Positions 10,246 to 18,474 of a DNA stretch of 64,000 nt are shown here, piece after piece. The notes under the pieces were generated by a model that was given only the letters and a program-made list of their open reading frames with translations, made no database searches and had not been told where the DNA came from. Made by a program: the position numbers and the translations under genes. Location of the stretch: NCBI GenBank assembly GCA_964525315.1, contig CAZGGJ010000004.1, positions 5,675-69,674 of the forward strand, written 5' to 3'. This DNA comes from an uncultured Candidatus Saccharibacteria bacterium (GTDB lineage Bacteria; Patescibacteriota; Saccharimonadia; Saccharimonadales; Saccharimonadaceae). Numbering within the stretch: position 1 is the stretch's first letter; every line of letters starts with the position of its first letter.

Positions 10246-10277
10246 TTGACAAGTTCACATGGGGGGGGGGGTATCAT
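10246..10277 (+). promoter_or_regulatory. poly-G spacer promoter P2: TTGACA-9nt-G11-TATCAT (spacer 20)
   Basis: TTGACA is at 10246-10251, the G11 run at 10261-10271 and TATCAT at 10272-10277. The leader is nearly identical to that of P1 (AACATAACCACAAGCATCTATGGAGTA). Confidence 0.65.
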
Positions 10278-10320
10278 AAGGGAAACATAACCACAAGCAT
10301 CTATGGAGTAACTAACAATC

Positions 10321-12270
10321 ATGCCACGATTACCACACCCAGGCGGAGATAAAGGCAATTGGGGGACCATCCTCAACGACTATCTCTCCGTCGCTCACGA
10401 AGCTGACGGCAGCCTCAAGCCAGGTTCTGTAGCAGAATCCACGCTTGATGCTGCTGCTCGGGCAAAGCTTAATACTACGGGCGGTGCGATTGGCGCCACT
10501 GGGCCTCAAGGCTCCTCCGGTCCAGCTGGGCCCGCCGGCACTCCAGGCGTGGCAGGTCCGACGGGTCCAACTGGACCGGCAGGAGCAACGGGACTACAAG
10601 GCGCGATTGGCCCTGCCGGTACTCCGGGTACGAATGGGAGTGATGGCAATGCCGGCGCTACCGGTCCGCAGGGCACTCCAGGGACACAGGGTGCCACTGG
10701 CCCGCAAGGCTCCGTAGGCACAGCTGGGCCTCAAGGTGCTACCGGCCCCGCTGGTCAAGATGGCGCTGACGGTACGAGCGTTACCATCACTGGCAGTGTG
10801 GCTAATGCTGCCGCTCTTCCCACGGGCCTCACGCCAGGAGATGCTGGTACGGGGTATATCACTGAAGATAATGGGCATCTCCATGTCTGGAGTGGTACGG
10901 CCTGGACGGATGCCGGAGAGATACGAGGCCCTGCCGGTGCCACCGGCCCGCAAGGTGCACCGGGTGCTCCCGGAACGGCTGGTTCTGATGGCAACCAAGG
11001 AGCTACTGGGCCTCAGGGACCCACTGGACCAGCGGGTACGAGCGGCACCACTGGTGCGACTGGCCCCGCTGGGTCGCCGGGTGTGACAGGGGCAACAGGG
11101 CCAAGCGGTTCGGCAGGACTTGCTGGTGCAACAGGCCCGATAGGCCCGCAAGGTGCGACTGGCCCAACTACCGATGCCACGACTTCCTCAAAAGGAGTTG
11201 TTCGGCTTGCCGGCGACCTGGCTGGCACGGCAGACACGCCGACAGTGCCTGGCCTTGCCGCCAAGGCGAATGCCGTGGATACGATTCACAACCAGTCGGC
11301 CACTGCTCAAGCCGCCAATTACTGGGTGCAGAGTGCCGACCCGGCGAATGTCTCGGCGGTAGTGCAGGCTGCAACGAGCCAATCGGCCAATATATTTGAA
11401 GTTCGCGATGCTGGCGGCCAAGTGCCGTTTGCCGTACTGAATAACGGCGACGTCACCATCTCGCGCCGTACGCTCACCCTCGGTACGACCACGACGAATG
11501 CCTCGCGTTTCGTGCTCCAAGGTAATACGCAGACCAACGCTACCAACCAGTATGGGTTTCGCAGCGAGCCGATATTTCTGCCGACGGGTGCGGTGAGTAA
11601 TGTTTATAGCTTGGTGAACCGCGCAGCGCTTGCTAGTAGCTCCCAAAATGTGGGTCAGCTGTGGGGTGCTGTCGTTGGTGTGCAGACACTGCCTAGCTAC
11701 ACAGGCACGCTGGCAAATGCCACCGTACTGGGTGTTTCAGCGCCCGATATGCAGGGCAGCAAGGCTAGTGTGGTATACGGCATATCTATCAGCGGCATAG
11801 CCGCAAATGGTGGCAACACTTCAGGCGAGATTAGCAATACCCAGCTGTATATTGATTCGAGTACGGCTGTCGCAGGCGCTGGCGGCACTGTACGTAATAT
11901 CGGAATTCTTGCTATCATGCCAAGCGGAACTGGCGGTGGTACTACGGTTAATAACGGAGTTATCATCTCCGATACGGCCAATACGCCCAACGGCTCATGG
12001 TCGTTCTATAATAGCAGTGTTGCCAATAGCCACATCAGTGCCAATCTGCTGGTGGGAACCACCTCTAACCCTGCCGGACACAAAGTAAATGTCAACGGTA
12101 GCGTCAATGCCACCAATGTCCTCGCCGGCGGTGTCGACCTCGGCTGGGTATCACCGCCAGCCTCAGCTACTGCTGCTGGTACTGCCGGGCAGAAGGCGTA
12201 TGACGCCAACTATCTATACGTCTGTACGGCCACTAATACATGGCGTCGTGTAGCGCTGGCGGCATGGTGA
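10321..12270 (+). CDS. collagen-like fibre protein, long form with large C-terminal head region
   Basis: 649-aa ORF with the conserved [16 protein letters not shown]-terminus. Two Gly-X-Y blocks are split by the insert GTSVTITGSVANAAALPTGLTPGDAG.GYITEDNGHLHVWSG. The C-terminal motif GTAGQKAYDANYLYVCTATNTWRRVALAAW is of a kind I associate with phage fibre-like proteins. Confidence 0.8.
   Translation: MPRLPHPGGDKGNWGTILNDYLSVAHEADGSLKPGSVAESTLDAAARAKLNTTGGAIGATGPQGSSGPAGPAGTPGVAGPTGPTGPAGATGLQGAIGPAGTPGTNGSDGNAGATGPQGTPGTQGATGPQGSVGTAGPQGATGPAGQDGADGTSVTITGSVANAAALPTGLTPGDAGTGYITEDNGHLHVWSGTAWTDAGEIRGPAGATGPQGAPGAPGTAGSDGNQGATGPQGPTGPAGTSGTTGATGPAGSPGVTGATGPSGSAGLAGATGPIGPQGATGPTTDATTSSKGVVRLAGDLAGTADTPTVPGLAAKANAVDTIHNQSATAQAANYWVQSADPANVSAVVQAATSQSANIFEVRDAGGQVPFAVLNNGDVTISRRTLTLGTTTTNASRFVLQGNTQTNATNQYGFRSEPIFLPTGAVSNVYSLVNRAALASSSQNVGQLWGAVVGVQTLPSYTGTLANATVLGVSAPDMQGSKASVVYGISISGIAANGGNTSGEISNTQLYIDSSTAVAGAGGTVRNIGILAIMPSGTGGGTTVNNGVIISDTANTPNGSWSFYNSSVANSHISANLLVGTTSNPAGHKVNVNGSVNATNVLAGGVDLGWVSPPASATAAGTAGQKAYDANYLYVCTATNTWRRVALAAW
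10483..11166 (+). repeat. Gly-X-Y triplet-repeat coding region (two blocks, about 10483-10773 and 10927-11166)
   Basis: Triplet periodicity is visible in the translated sequence. Antisense and out-of-frame ORFs in this span are artefacts. Confidence 0.85.
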
Positions 12271-12317
12271 TTTAATATAATGAGAAAAAGCATGAGAGCT
12301 AAAGGAGGAAATCTAGT

Positions 12318-13568
12318 ATGGGTAGTCCAGGAGTAGGCGGGTCACTTAGCGCAGCCAGCGACGTCGCGTTTAGCAACCCTGCGACCGGGCAGGTGATTCA
12401 GCGCAGCGGTGCGTATTGGGTAAATGCAGCCCCGGCCGGGGAAGGTACTAATCCATCGAGTTGGATATACCTTGACCAGATGACCGGTGCGAATGATGAT
12501 GCCAAGCTAACGGCTGCGATAGATTTGCAGAAAAACACTGCCGGCATGCCACCAATTGTTCTCGGCGCGCGCAATCATTCGTTCAACCAAACACGTCAAC
12601 TCTATTCCGGCCTCAAGCTTATCGGTCAGTCGACTGGGCCAAAGAACCTCGAGCAAAGCCCCAATTTTGTGACGTCGCGTATTACCCTGGGGAGCAGCGT
12701 ATCGTCGGGCGCGTCCAGCTGGTGGGTGACACCGGGCGGCAACCTGTTTGACATCTATATGGGTGATTTTGCTGTGCAAGGCAATGCTGGGTCGAGTGTG
12801 CACCAGTTTATCGATGTGACGAGCGGCTCGCTCTACGCTTGTCAATTTCATAGTCTGGCCTTCAACTTCATGCGTAGTGTGTTTGGCCGCAAAGACCGCA
12901 AGTGCCTCATGACGCAAGTAGTATTTTCGGGACATTGGACGGCAAATAATCTGTGGGATACCCAGTTTTTCCTTGGCGGTGCAGATTGTCAACTGTGGGT
13001 AGGCGGCTACATCAATATCGGGCCATCATCCTCATCATTACAGACGGGTACGTATGCTGACAACGATTATCAGATAGTCTTCGATAATCTTACCAAGACA
13101 GATATTGGCTATATCTTCACTTCTTCGTTAAATGGATGGAGGGGTCTCAAAGTGACGGGAAACAGCGGGCATGGACTGCGATTTTTCGGTGGGACGTATG
13201 AGGGCTACAAATCTTCGAATGACAACTTAGCTGCCCCAGGGACAGTTATCCGTCTCGAGGGCGGCTCAGGGGCATTCTTCGGCCCAAGCGTGGGGCAAGC
13301 GATGCAGAGTCCTGACGGGGCCGAAGGTGGGCCAATACACATGACCGGTGGTGAATGGTCGTTTTATTCACCGAATTTTTATCGTTCTCCGATGGCAGAT
13401 AGTCAGCCGTGTATTTACCATACGGGCGGTAGGCTCCTCGTGATGGGCGCGACACGGCACGAGGGTGAAGCATGGACGACACGACCGCGCTACCAGACTA
13501 CTCGGAGTGGCCCGAACTCATCAGAAGACTCGTTTTATTGTCCTGATATGTCGATGGTGAGTGTATAA
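12318..13568 (+). CDS. MGSPGVGGSLSAASDVAFS-family protein, paralog of 1836..3050
   Basis: 416-aa ORF with RBS AAGGAGG at 12302-12308. The first about 60 nt are nearly identical at DNA level to the start of 1836. Confidence 0.6.
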   Translation: MGSPGVGGSLSAASDVAFSNPATGQVIQRSGAYWVNAAPAGEGTNPSSWIYLDQMTGANDDAKLTAAIDLQKNTAGMPPIVLGARNHSFNQTRQLYSGLKLIGQSTGPKNLEQSPNFVTSRITLGSSVSSGASSWWVTPGGNLFDIYMGDFAVQGNAGSSVHQFIDVTSGSLYACQFHSLAFNFMRSVFGRKDRKCLMTQVVFSGHWTANNLWDTQFFLGGADCQLWVGGYINIGPSSSSLQTGTYADNDYQIVFDNLTKTDIGYIFTSSLNGWRGLKVTGNSGHGLRFFGGTYEGYKSSNDNLAAPGTVIRLEGGSGAFFGPSVGQAMQSPDGAEGGPIHMTGGEWSFYSPNFYRSPMADSQPCIYHTGGRLLVMGATRHEGEAWTTRPRYQTTRSGPNSSEDSFYCPDMSMVSV

Positions 13569-13629
13569 TCCTGTCTCTTCAGCGAGCGACAAATAGGCAG
13601 CCTAGATTATAGGTAAATACGACTCTGCC

Positions 13630-13659
13630 TTGACCTTTCCGCTGGGGGGGGGGTATCAT
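13630..13659 (+). promoter_or_regulatory. poly-G spacer promoter P3: TTGACC-8nt-G10-TATCAT (spacer 18)
   Basis: TTGACC is at 13630-13635, the G10 run at 13644-13653 and TATCAT at 13654-13659. The leader AAAAGTAACCATTAGC resembles that of P6. Confidence 0.65.
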
Positions 13660-13721
13660 AAAAAGTAACCATTAGCTATACTAGTAGCAACGATTAATAG
13701 TAAAAGGAGATACACCGCTCT

Positions 13722-14561
13722 ATGCCGCGCCTACCCCACCCAGGAGGAGACAAAGGTAACTGGGGAGATATCCTCAACGACTACCTCTCCCAAGCTCATA
13801 ACCCAGACGGTACTCTCAAAGATAACGCCGTTTCTACGCCTGCCATTACCAACAACAGTATTAGTGAAGGCAAGCTCGATGCGGCCGTCCGTTCTAAGCT
13901 CAACTCTGGCGGTGGTGTCCAAGGTGCAACTGGCCCGCAGGGTCCTCAAGGGCCACAAGGTCAACAAGGCGCTGCTGGCACGCCTGGGCAAGCTGGTGCC
14001 ACAGGCCCACAAGGACCCTCCGGAGCACCTGGTAGTCAAGGACTTGCTGGTGCAACTGGTGCGCAAGGAGCTACCGGTCCCACAGGTAGTCAGGGTAATC
14101 CGGGTACAGCCGGTCCTACCGGGGCTACCGGCCCTCAGGGTACTGCTGGTCCCGCCGGTGCGACTGGCCCCAAGGGCGACCAAGGTGACGCGGGTGCTAC
14201 CGGGCCTGCCGGAGCAGCTGGCGCCACTGGGCCAGCCGGCACTGACGCCGAGCCGCTGATTCCTACCAACTTGCAGTCCGGCTCATATACCCTTGTGCTT
14301 GCCGACGCAGGCAAAGCTATCGATGTTGACTCGGCATCAGCCACCACAGTAACTGTCCCGCCAAACGCAAGCGTGGCCTTCCCAGTCGGTACGGTCATAG
14401 AGGTATGCCGCTACGGTACTGGTACGGTTGCTATTGCAGCCGGTGCAGGTGTGACGCTCCGCTCGCGCGATTCGCTTACTTCTATCGCTGTGCAGTACAG
14501 CTCCGTCTCTTTACGCAAGCGAGCAACTGATGAGTGGATAGTAGTCGGAGACCTGAGCTAA
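13722..14561 (+). CDS. collagen-like fibre protein, short form (paralog of 6579..7415)
   Basis: 279-aa ORF with RBS AAGGAG. Same N- and C-terminal domains as the 6579 product, with Gly-X-Y triplets at aa 65-173. Confidence 0.8.
   Translation: MPRLPHPGGDKGNWGDILNDYLSQAHNPDGTLKDNAVSTPAITNNSISEGKLDAAVRSKLNSGGGVQGATGPQGPQGPQGQQGAAGTPGQAGATGPQGPSGAPGSQGLAGATGAQGATGPTGSQGNPGTAGPTGATGPQGTAGPAGATGPKGDQGDAGATGPAGAAGATGPAGTDAEPLIPTNLQSGSYTLVLADAGKAIDVDSASATTVTVPPNASVAFPVGTVIEVCRYGTGTVAIAAGAGVTLRSRDSLTSIAVQYSSVSLRKRATDEWIVVGDLS
13914..14240 (+). repeat. Gly-X-Y triplet-repeat coding region
   Basis: [22 protein letters not shown]... periodicity. Confidence 0.85.
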
Positions 14562-14917
14562 TGGCAGTACTGCATAGTATGCGGCGAGGCACTATGCAAT
14601 ACCCTGCCGCCACTCCGCAGCTTATGATGACGGCGCACTACAGGGTAAACCTTGGGTATGCAAATAACACGAATCGTGTACGTACACGTTCGGCCGACCG
14701 GCGCGAACTAATTATCGTTAATACGTCGGGTGGCGATATCGAACTGGGAACCCGTACGCAAGATAATCCAGATTTTAATTCGCCCTCTACCTGGCCTTAC
14801 CAGGTGCCAGCGGGTAGCGAAGTAGTAATTACAAGCGATACCACTCAGTGGTATGCCCGCCGCATTGATGGTACGACAGATGTTTTTGTTGATGTCTATG
14901 TCAAGGAGGTGGCGTAA
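14561..14917 (+). CDS. small conserved protein, paralog of 7415..7771
   Basis: The ATG at 14561 overlaps the collagen gene stop (TAATG), exactly as in the first module. The track ORF start at 14534 lies inside the upstream gene and is unlikely. Confidence 0.6.
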   Translation: MAVLHSMRRGTMQYPAATPQLMMTAHYRVNLGYANNTNRVRTRSADRRELIIVNTSGGDIELGTRTQDNPDFNSPSTWPYQVPAGSEVVITSDTTQWYARRIDGTTDVFVDVYVKEVA

Positions 14918-16113
14918 TGGCGCTTTCTGTCCGTGCAGCCCAGGTGCGTGCTCCGCGTGTACGACTAGACAATGTGAACATTGCCGCGAGCCCCTATAGG
15001 CCAATATATATGAGTCGCGACCGTACGACCGTGTATGCCGCTAACGATAAAATACTTGCCAAAAGCACTGATGACGGCGCCACATGGACAGATATCTTCA
15101 CGACGCCGCTGAGTAACGAACCCATCACGGCGTGTCTAGAGTTGCCCGACGGCCGACTGCTGGCGGCTGCTTGGCGGTTTAACCAAGCCCCCAGAATATA
15201 CCGCTCAAGCCTACCAGGCGGTGCTGGCACTTGGACCAATATATTTCAAAATACTGGTGTGCTTAGTCAATTTCAGCCATTTTGGAGCCTTACCGACTCA
15301 TGTTTTGACGGCAATGGCCATCTGTGGCTGAGTGAGTATGGCGCGCAGACGACTACTTCCGGCGACCAGAGTGACAAAGGAAGGCGCATCTGGCGTGGCA
15401 ACGACGATGGTTCGTCGTTTACACCAATGTTTGACTTACTCACTTATGCCGAAACAGTACAGGGCCTGACTGTTCCAACCCAGACTGCCGGTCTTCATAT
15501 GCACGCAGCTGCCTACGATAAATGGGATGACCGCGTGTGGTTTACGATGGGCGATGATGTTGGTGCAGGGCCGGACGTAGTAACGGGTGGTTCGAGCGGT
15601 TATAACGCTGAAATTGGCTATACCGATGATAATTTTGCGACGGTCAATTGGCTGCCACTGCCTGCATTCTGGGGAAATACTAGAGAGGCAGTGCAAGTCG
15701 TCAGTATTTTACCCCTAGAGAACGCCGTCATATTTGCTGCGGACGGTAAGCCAAATGGCATACTGGTCTTGCCGCGACGGGGCTATCGCACGTATGGGTC
15801 ACTGAAGGTGGGGCCGCATAATTCAGTCCGTCATCTGTATGCCTCATTAGGTCAAGGCTTGACGCGCGCCTGGAACCGGCCTGACTTGCCAGCACTTGCG
15901 GCAATTAGTTTGCCTGCTACAAGCAGCCAAGGCGCTGCCGCATTGTTCGCCGGTCTTGATGGTGGGTTAGCGTGGGAAGAGCTCTATCGCTTTCAAACTG
16001 GAGTCATCACTACCCTCGGCGGCTTTGTCGGGCCGACAGTAAACGGCAAAGTAGTGGCATCGGTCAACGACGGCGCGGCCAAAGTGTTGACGGCTGATTT
16101 GGTGATAGTTTAG
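14917..16113 (+). CDS. BNR/Asp-box beta-propeller protein, paralog of 7771..8982
   Basis: 398-aa ORF with a TAATG overlap to the upstream gene. Motifs: KSTDDGATWT, GNDDGSS, GLDGGLAWEE. Confidence 0.6.
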   Translation: MALSVRAAQVRAPRVRLDNVNIAASPYRPIYMSRDRTTVYAANDKILAKSTDDGATWTDIFTTPLSNEPITACLELPDGRLLAAAWRFNQAPRIYRSSLPGGAGTWTNIFQNTGVLSQFQPFWSLTDSCFDGNGHLWLSEYGAQTTTSGDQSDKGRRIWRGNDDGSSFTPMFDLLTYAETVQGLTVPTQTAGLHMHAAAYDKWDDRVWFTMGDDVGAGPDVVTGGSSGYNAEIGYTDDNFATVNWLPLPAFWGNTREAVQVVSILPLENAVIFAADGKPNGILVLPRRGYRTYGSLKVGPHNSVRHLYASLGQGLTRAWNRPDLPALAAISLPATSSQGAAALFAGLDGGLAWEELYRFQTGVITTLGGFVGPTVNGKVVASVNDGAAKVLTADLVIV

Positions 16114-16144
16114 GTATACTAGGGAGAGAGAAAGGAGGGATAGC

Positions 16145-17377
16145 ATGGCTATTTCAGCGCGGCGGCTGCAGCGTGCACAGCAAAATAGTCCAGACAGCGT
16201 GCCATTTGCGTGGCTTACTGGCTCTCCGGTGCCGCCAACTTCTATTCCTGCCATGACCACTGGCTACCGCGTATCTGGTACGCAGATTCTCGGACCAAAT
16301 GGGCAGCCGTTTGTAGCCCGCGGCGTAAATGTTGGGTCGGTCAAGGCCAATGGCGGCGGGTACCCCGACTTCTCAAAAAATCCGCAATATGCAGCCGATT
16401 TCATTGCGCGCGGCGGCAACACCGTTCGCCTCCCGCACTATGCATCGTCCCGCTACTCATGGTCGGCACACAATACTGGCTACAACGGCTACACCGGAGC
16501 TGATGCGACATTCCAGTATGCCAAGGATTTGATTGACTTCTGGCGCGGGCAAGGAGTTGTTGTGATTATCAATACGCACGACTTTATCGCAGAAGGCTGG
16601 ACCCAGGAGCATCTGCTGCAATGCGAGACCTTCTGGTCGCGAATTGCCAATCAGTACAAGACCGACATCGGCGTATGGTTCAACCTGTATAACGAGATAT
16701 CCGTCTATCTTCACAACGAAGACGGGGCATTCAGTGATGGAAATAGAGACAAGGTTCGTGAGCGCTGGACACTCGTGCACGCCAGGGCCTGCAAGATTAT
16801 CCGCGATGCGGGTGCGCCAAACATTATCATTACTGACGGTATGACGATGGCGCAGGATGCCGCAAATCACTGGGATGGCAAGCCTGCTCCCAAGAGCTAC
16901 GATGCAGATGCAGGGCCGCTGCTATCATCACTCTACAAGGGTATTGTCATTGGGTGGCACAACTACGGTGCCCTCGGTAATACTGCTACCAAAATTACGA
17001 ACTATATCAACACCGTGCATGGCGTCGGCCTACCCGTGATTATTGGCGAGTTTGGCTATCCTATCAAGCGCGGGTGGGATGAGATTAGCTATGAGTGGTG
17101 GCCTAATCTGCGCGACGCGTTCGATTACACGATGGCAACCGTGCCGTCTATGGGCGTGGGTATGATGTACTGGTCGAGCACGTTCAAGGATTCATTTAGT
17201 CTGTATAAGCCGTTCTGGAATTGGACGCCCAACGCGACGCTTATCAACGAGTTTGCCCAAACCCTACCGGAGGGCCGTTCGCTTTCTGGTCAGGGTGAGA
17301 AATTCTTTGCCTTTCTGGCAAACGGCCAGGCAGTACCGTACTCTCAGTCACACTCTGGCGGCACTGCCGAAGAGTAG
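16145..17377 (+). CDS. glycoside hydrolase family 5-like (cellulase/mannanase fold) with ARRL tag
   Basis: 410-aa ORF with a strong RBS (AAAGGAGGG). N-terminus is MAISARRLQRAQQ. GH5-like landmarks: GVNVG, NTVRLP, FNLYNEIS (NE acid/base), WHNYG, IIGEFGY (nucleophile Glu). Confidence 0.65.
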   Translation: MAISARRLQRAQQNSPDSVPFAWLTGSPVPPTSIPAMTTGYRVSGTQILGPNGQPFVARGVNVGSVKANGGGYPDFSKNPQYAADFIARGGNTVRLPHYASSRYSWSAHNTGYNGYTGADATFQYAKDLIDFWRGQGVVVIINTHDFIAEGWTQEHLLQCETFWSRIANQYKTDIGVWFNLYNEISVYLHNEDGAFSDGNRDKVRERWTLVHARACKIIRDAGAPNIIITDGMTMAQDAANHWDGKPAPKSYDADAGPLLSSLYKGIVIGWHNYGALGNTATKITNYINTVHGVGLPVIIGEFGYPIKRGWDEISYEWWPNLRDAFDYTMATVPSMGVGMMYWSSTFKDSFSLYKPFWNWTPNATLINEFAQTLPEGRSLSGQGEKFFAFLANGQAVPYSQSHSGGTAEE

Positions 17378-17384
17378 GCATTGC

Positions 17385-17420
17385 TTGACAATGCTCGTGC
17401 TTGTGACTACACTTTATAAT
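17385..17420 (+). promoter_or_regulatory. sigma70-type promoter without poly-G (TTGACA-17-TACACT; alternative TATAAT at 17415-17420)
   Basis: TTGACA is at 17385-17390 and TACACT at 17408-17413. A 6-bp inverted repeat (GCATTG/CAATGC, 17378-17394) overlaps the -35. Confidence 0.5.
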
Positions 17421-17484
17421 AAGCACAGCTGTATATAGCAACATAAATAAATAAACCAAACCAGTAGAGGAGCAAGGAATCGCG

Positions 17485-18471
17485 ATGCCACGCCTACCGC
17501 AACCAGGAGGAGACGCCGGTAACTGGGGTCAAATCCTCAATGAGTATCTGTTGACAGCCCACAAGGCCAACGGTACTCTCAAAGACAATAGCGTTACAGC
17601 AAATAGCCTTGCTCCGGGTGCTGTCACTGTTGCCGCAATAGCCAATGATACTATCGCCGAGGCTAATCTCTCGCCAGCAGTTCGCTCCAAGCTGAATGCT
17701 GGTGGTGGCGCTCAAGGAGCCACGGGTCCGCAGGGACCACAAGGCTCAGCTGGTACACAAGGAGCCACGGGCGCGGCTGGCTCTGCTGGTGCTACAGGCC
17801 CACAAGGTCTCCAAGGTCCCGCAGGAGCGATTGGAGCCACTGGTCCGCAAGGCATTCAGGGTACCCCTGGCACAGCTGGTACCCCAGGTGCAACCGGCCC
17901 TGCAGGCCAGGATGGTGCTGACTCTACCGTACCTGGTCCGCAAGGTGCCACAGGCCCTCAGGGCTCTATTGGTGCGACTGGACCGAGTGGAGCAGGAACG
18001 GCAGGCGCCACTGGTGCAACTGGACCCGCTGGTGCTGACTCTACTGTGCCCGGACCTACTGGAGCAACTGGACCGCAGGGTCAGCCTGGAACGGGTGGTG
18101 CGACTGGGCCCGCTGGCACGAACGGCGCTATAGGCGCTACGGGTGCACAGGGTGCCACAGGCCCAACAGGCACAAACGGTCAGACAGGAGCGACAGGTCC
18201 GCAAGGTCCTGCCGGTGCGACGGGTCCAAACAGCACGACCAATATTACCTTCTCTCGTACAGCGACTACCGTGACGGTCGAGTCGAGCACGGGTACGGAT
18301 GCCGTATTGCCGGCTGCAACGGCAGCGGATGCCGGTGTTATGTCTGCAGCTGACAAGACCAAGCTCGACAGCATCACTACAGGTGCGGCGAATGTGTATG
18401 TGTATCAAAATTATGCTGATGCACCGGCTCTACCTGTTGATACGATTGTAATTTCACGCACGGGGTCGTAA
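17485..18471 (+). CDS. collagen-like fibre protein with tail-fibre-like C-terminus
   Basis: 328-aa ORF. N-terminus is [22 protein letters not shown]. Gly-X-Y triplets span aa 75-248, interrupted twice by DSTVPGP. The C-terminal [21 protein letters not shown] motif is of the type seen in phage tail fibres. Confidence 0.8.
   Translation: MPRLPQPGGDAGNWGQILNEYLLTAHKANGTLKDNSVTANSLAPGAVTVAAIANDTIAEANLSPAVRSKLNAGGGAQGATGPQGPQGSAGTQGATGAAGSAGATGPQGLQGPAGAIGATGPQGIQGTPGTAGTPGATGPAGQDGADSTVPGPQGATGPQGSIGATGPSGAGTAGATGATGPAGADSTVPGPTGATGPQGQPGTGGATGPAGTNGAIGATGAQGATGPTGTNGQTGATGPQGPAGATGPNSTTNITFSRTATTVTVESSTGTDAVLPAATAADAGVMSAADKTKLDSITTGAANVYVYQNYADAPALPVDTIVISRTGS
17707..18228 (+). repeat. Gly-X-Y triplet-repeat coding region
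   Basis: Triplet periodicity. The large antisense ORF 17746..18408 is an artefact of this repeat. Confidence 0.85.
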
Positions 18472-18474
18472 TAT

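Noticed and set aside
17378-17394. Inverted repeat GCATTG-N5-CAATGC just after the GH5 gene, considered as a terminator.
   Set aside because: It is only 6 bp with no U-tract and it overlaps the -35 box of the next promoter. It may be an operator-like site, but the evidence is too weak to call.
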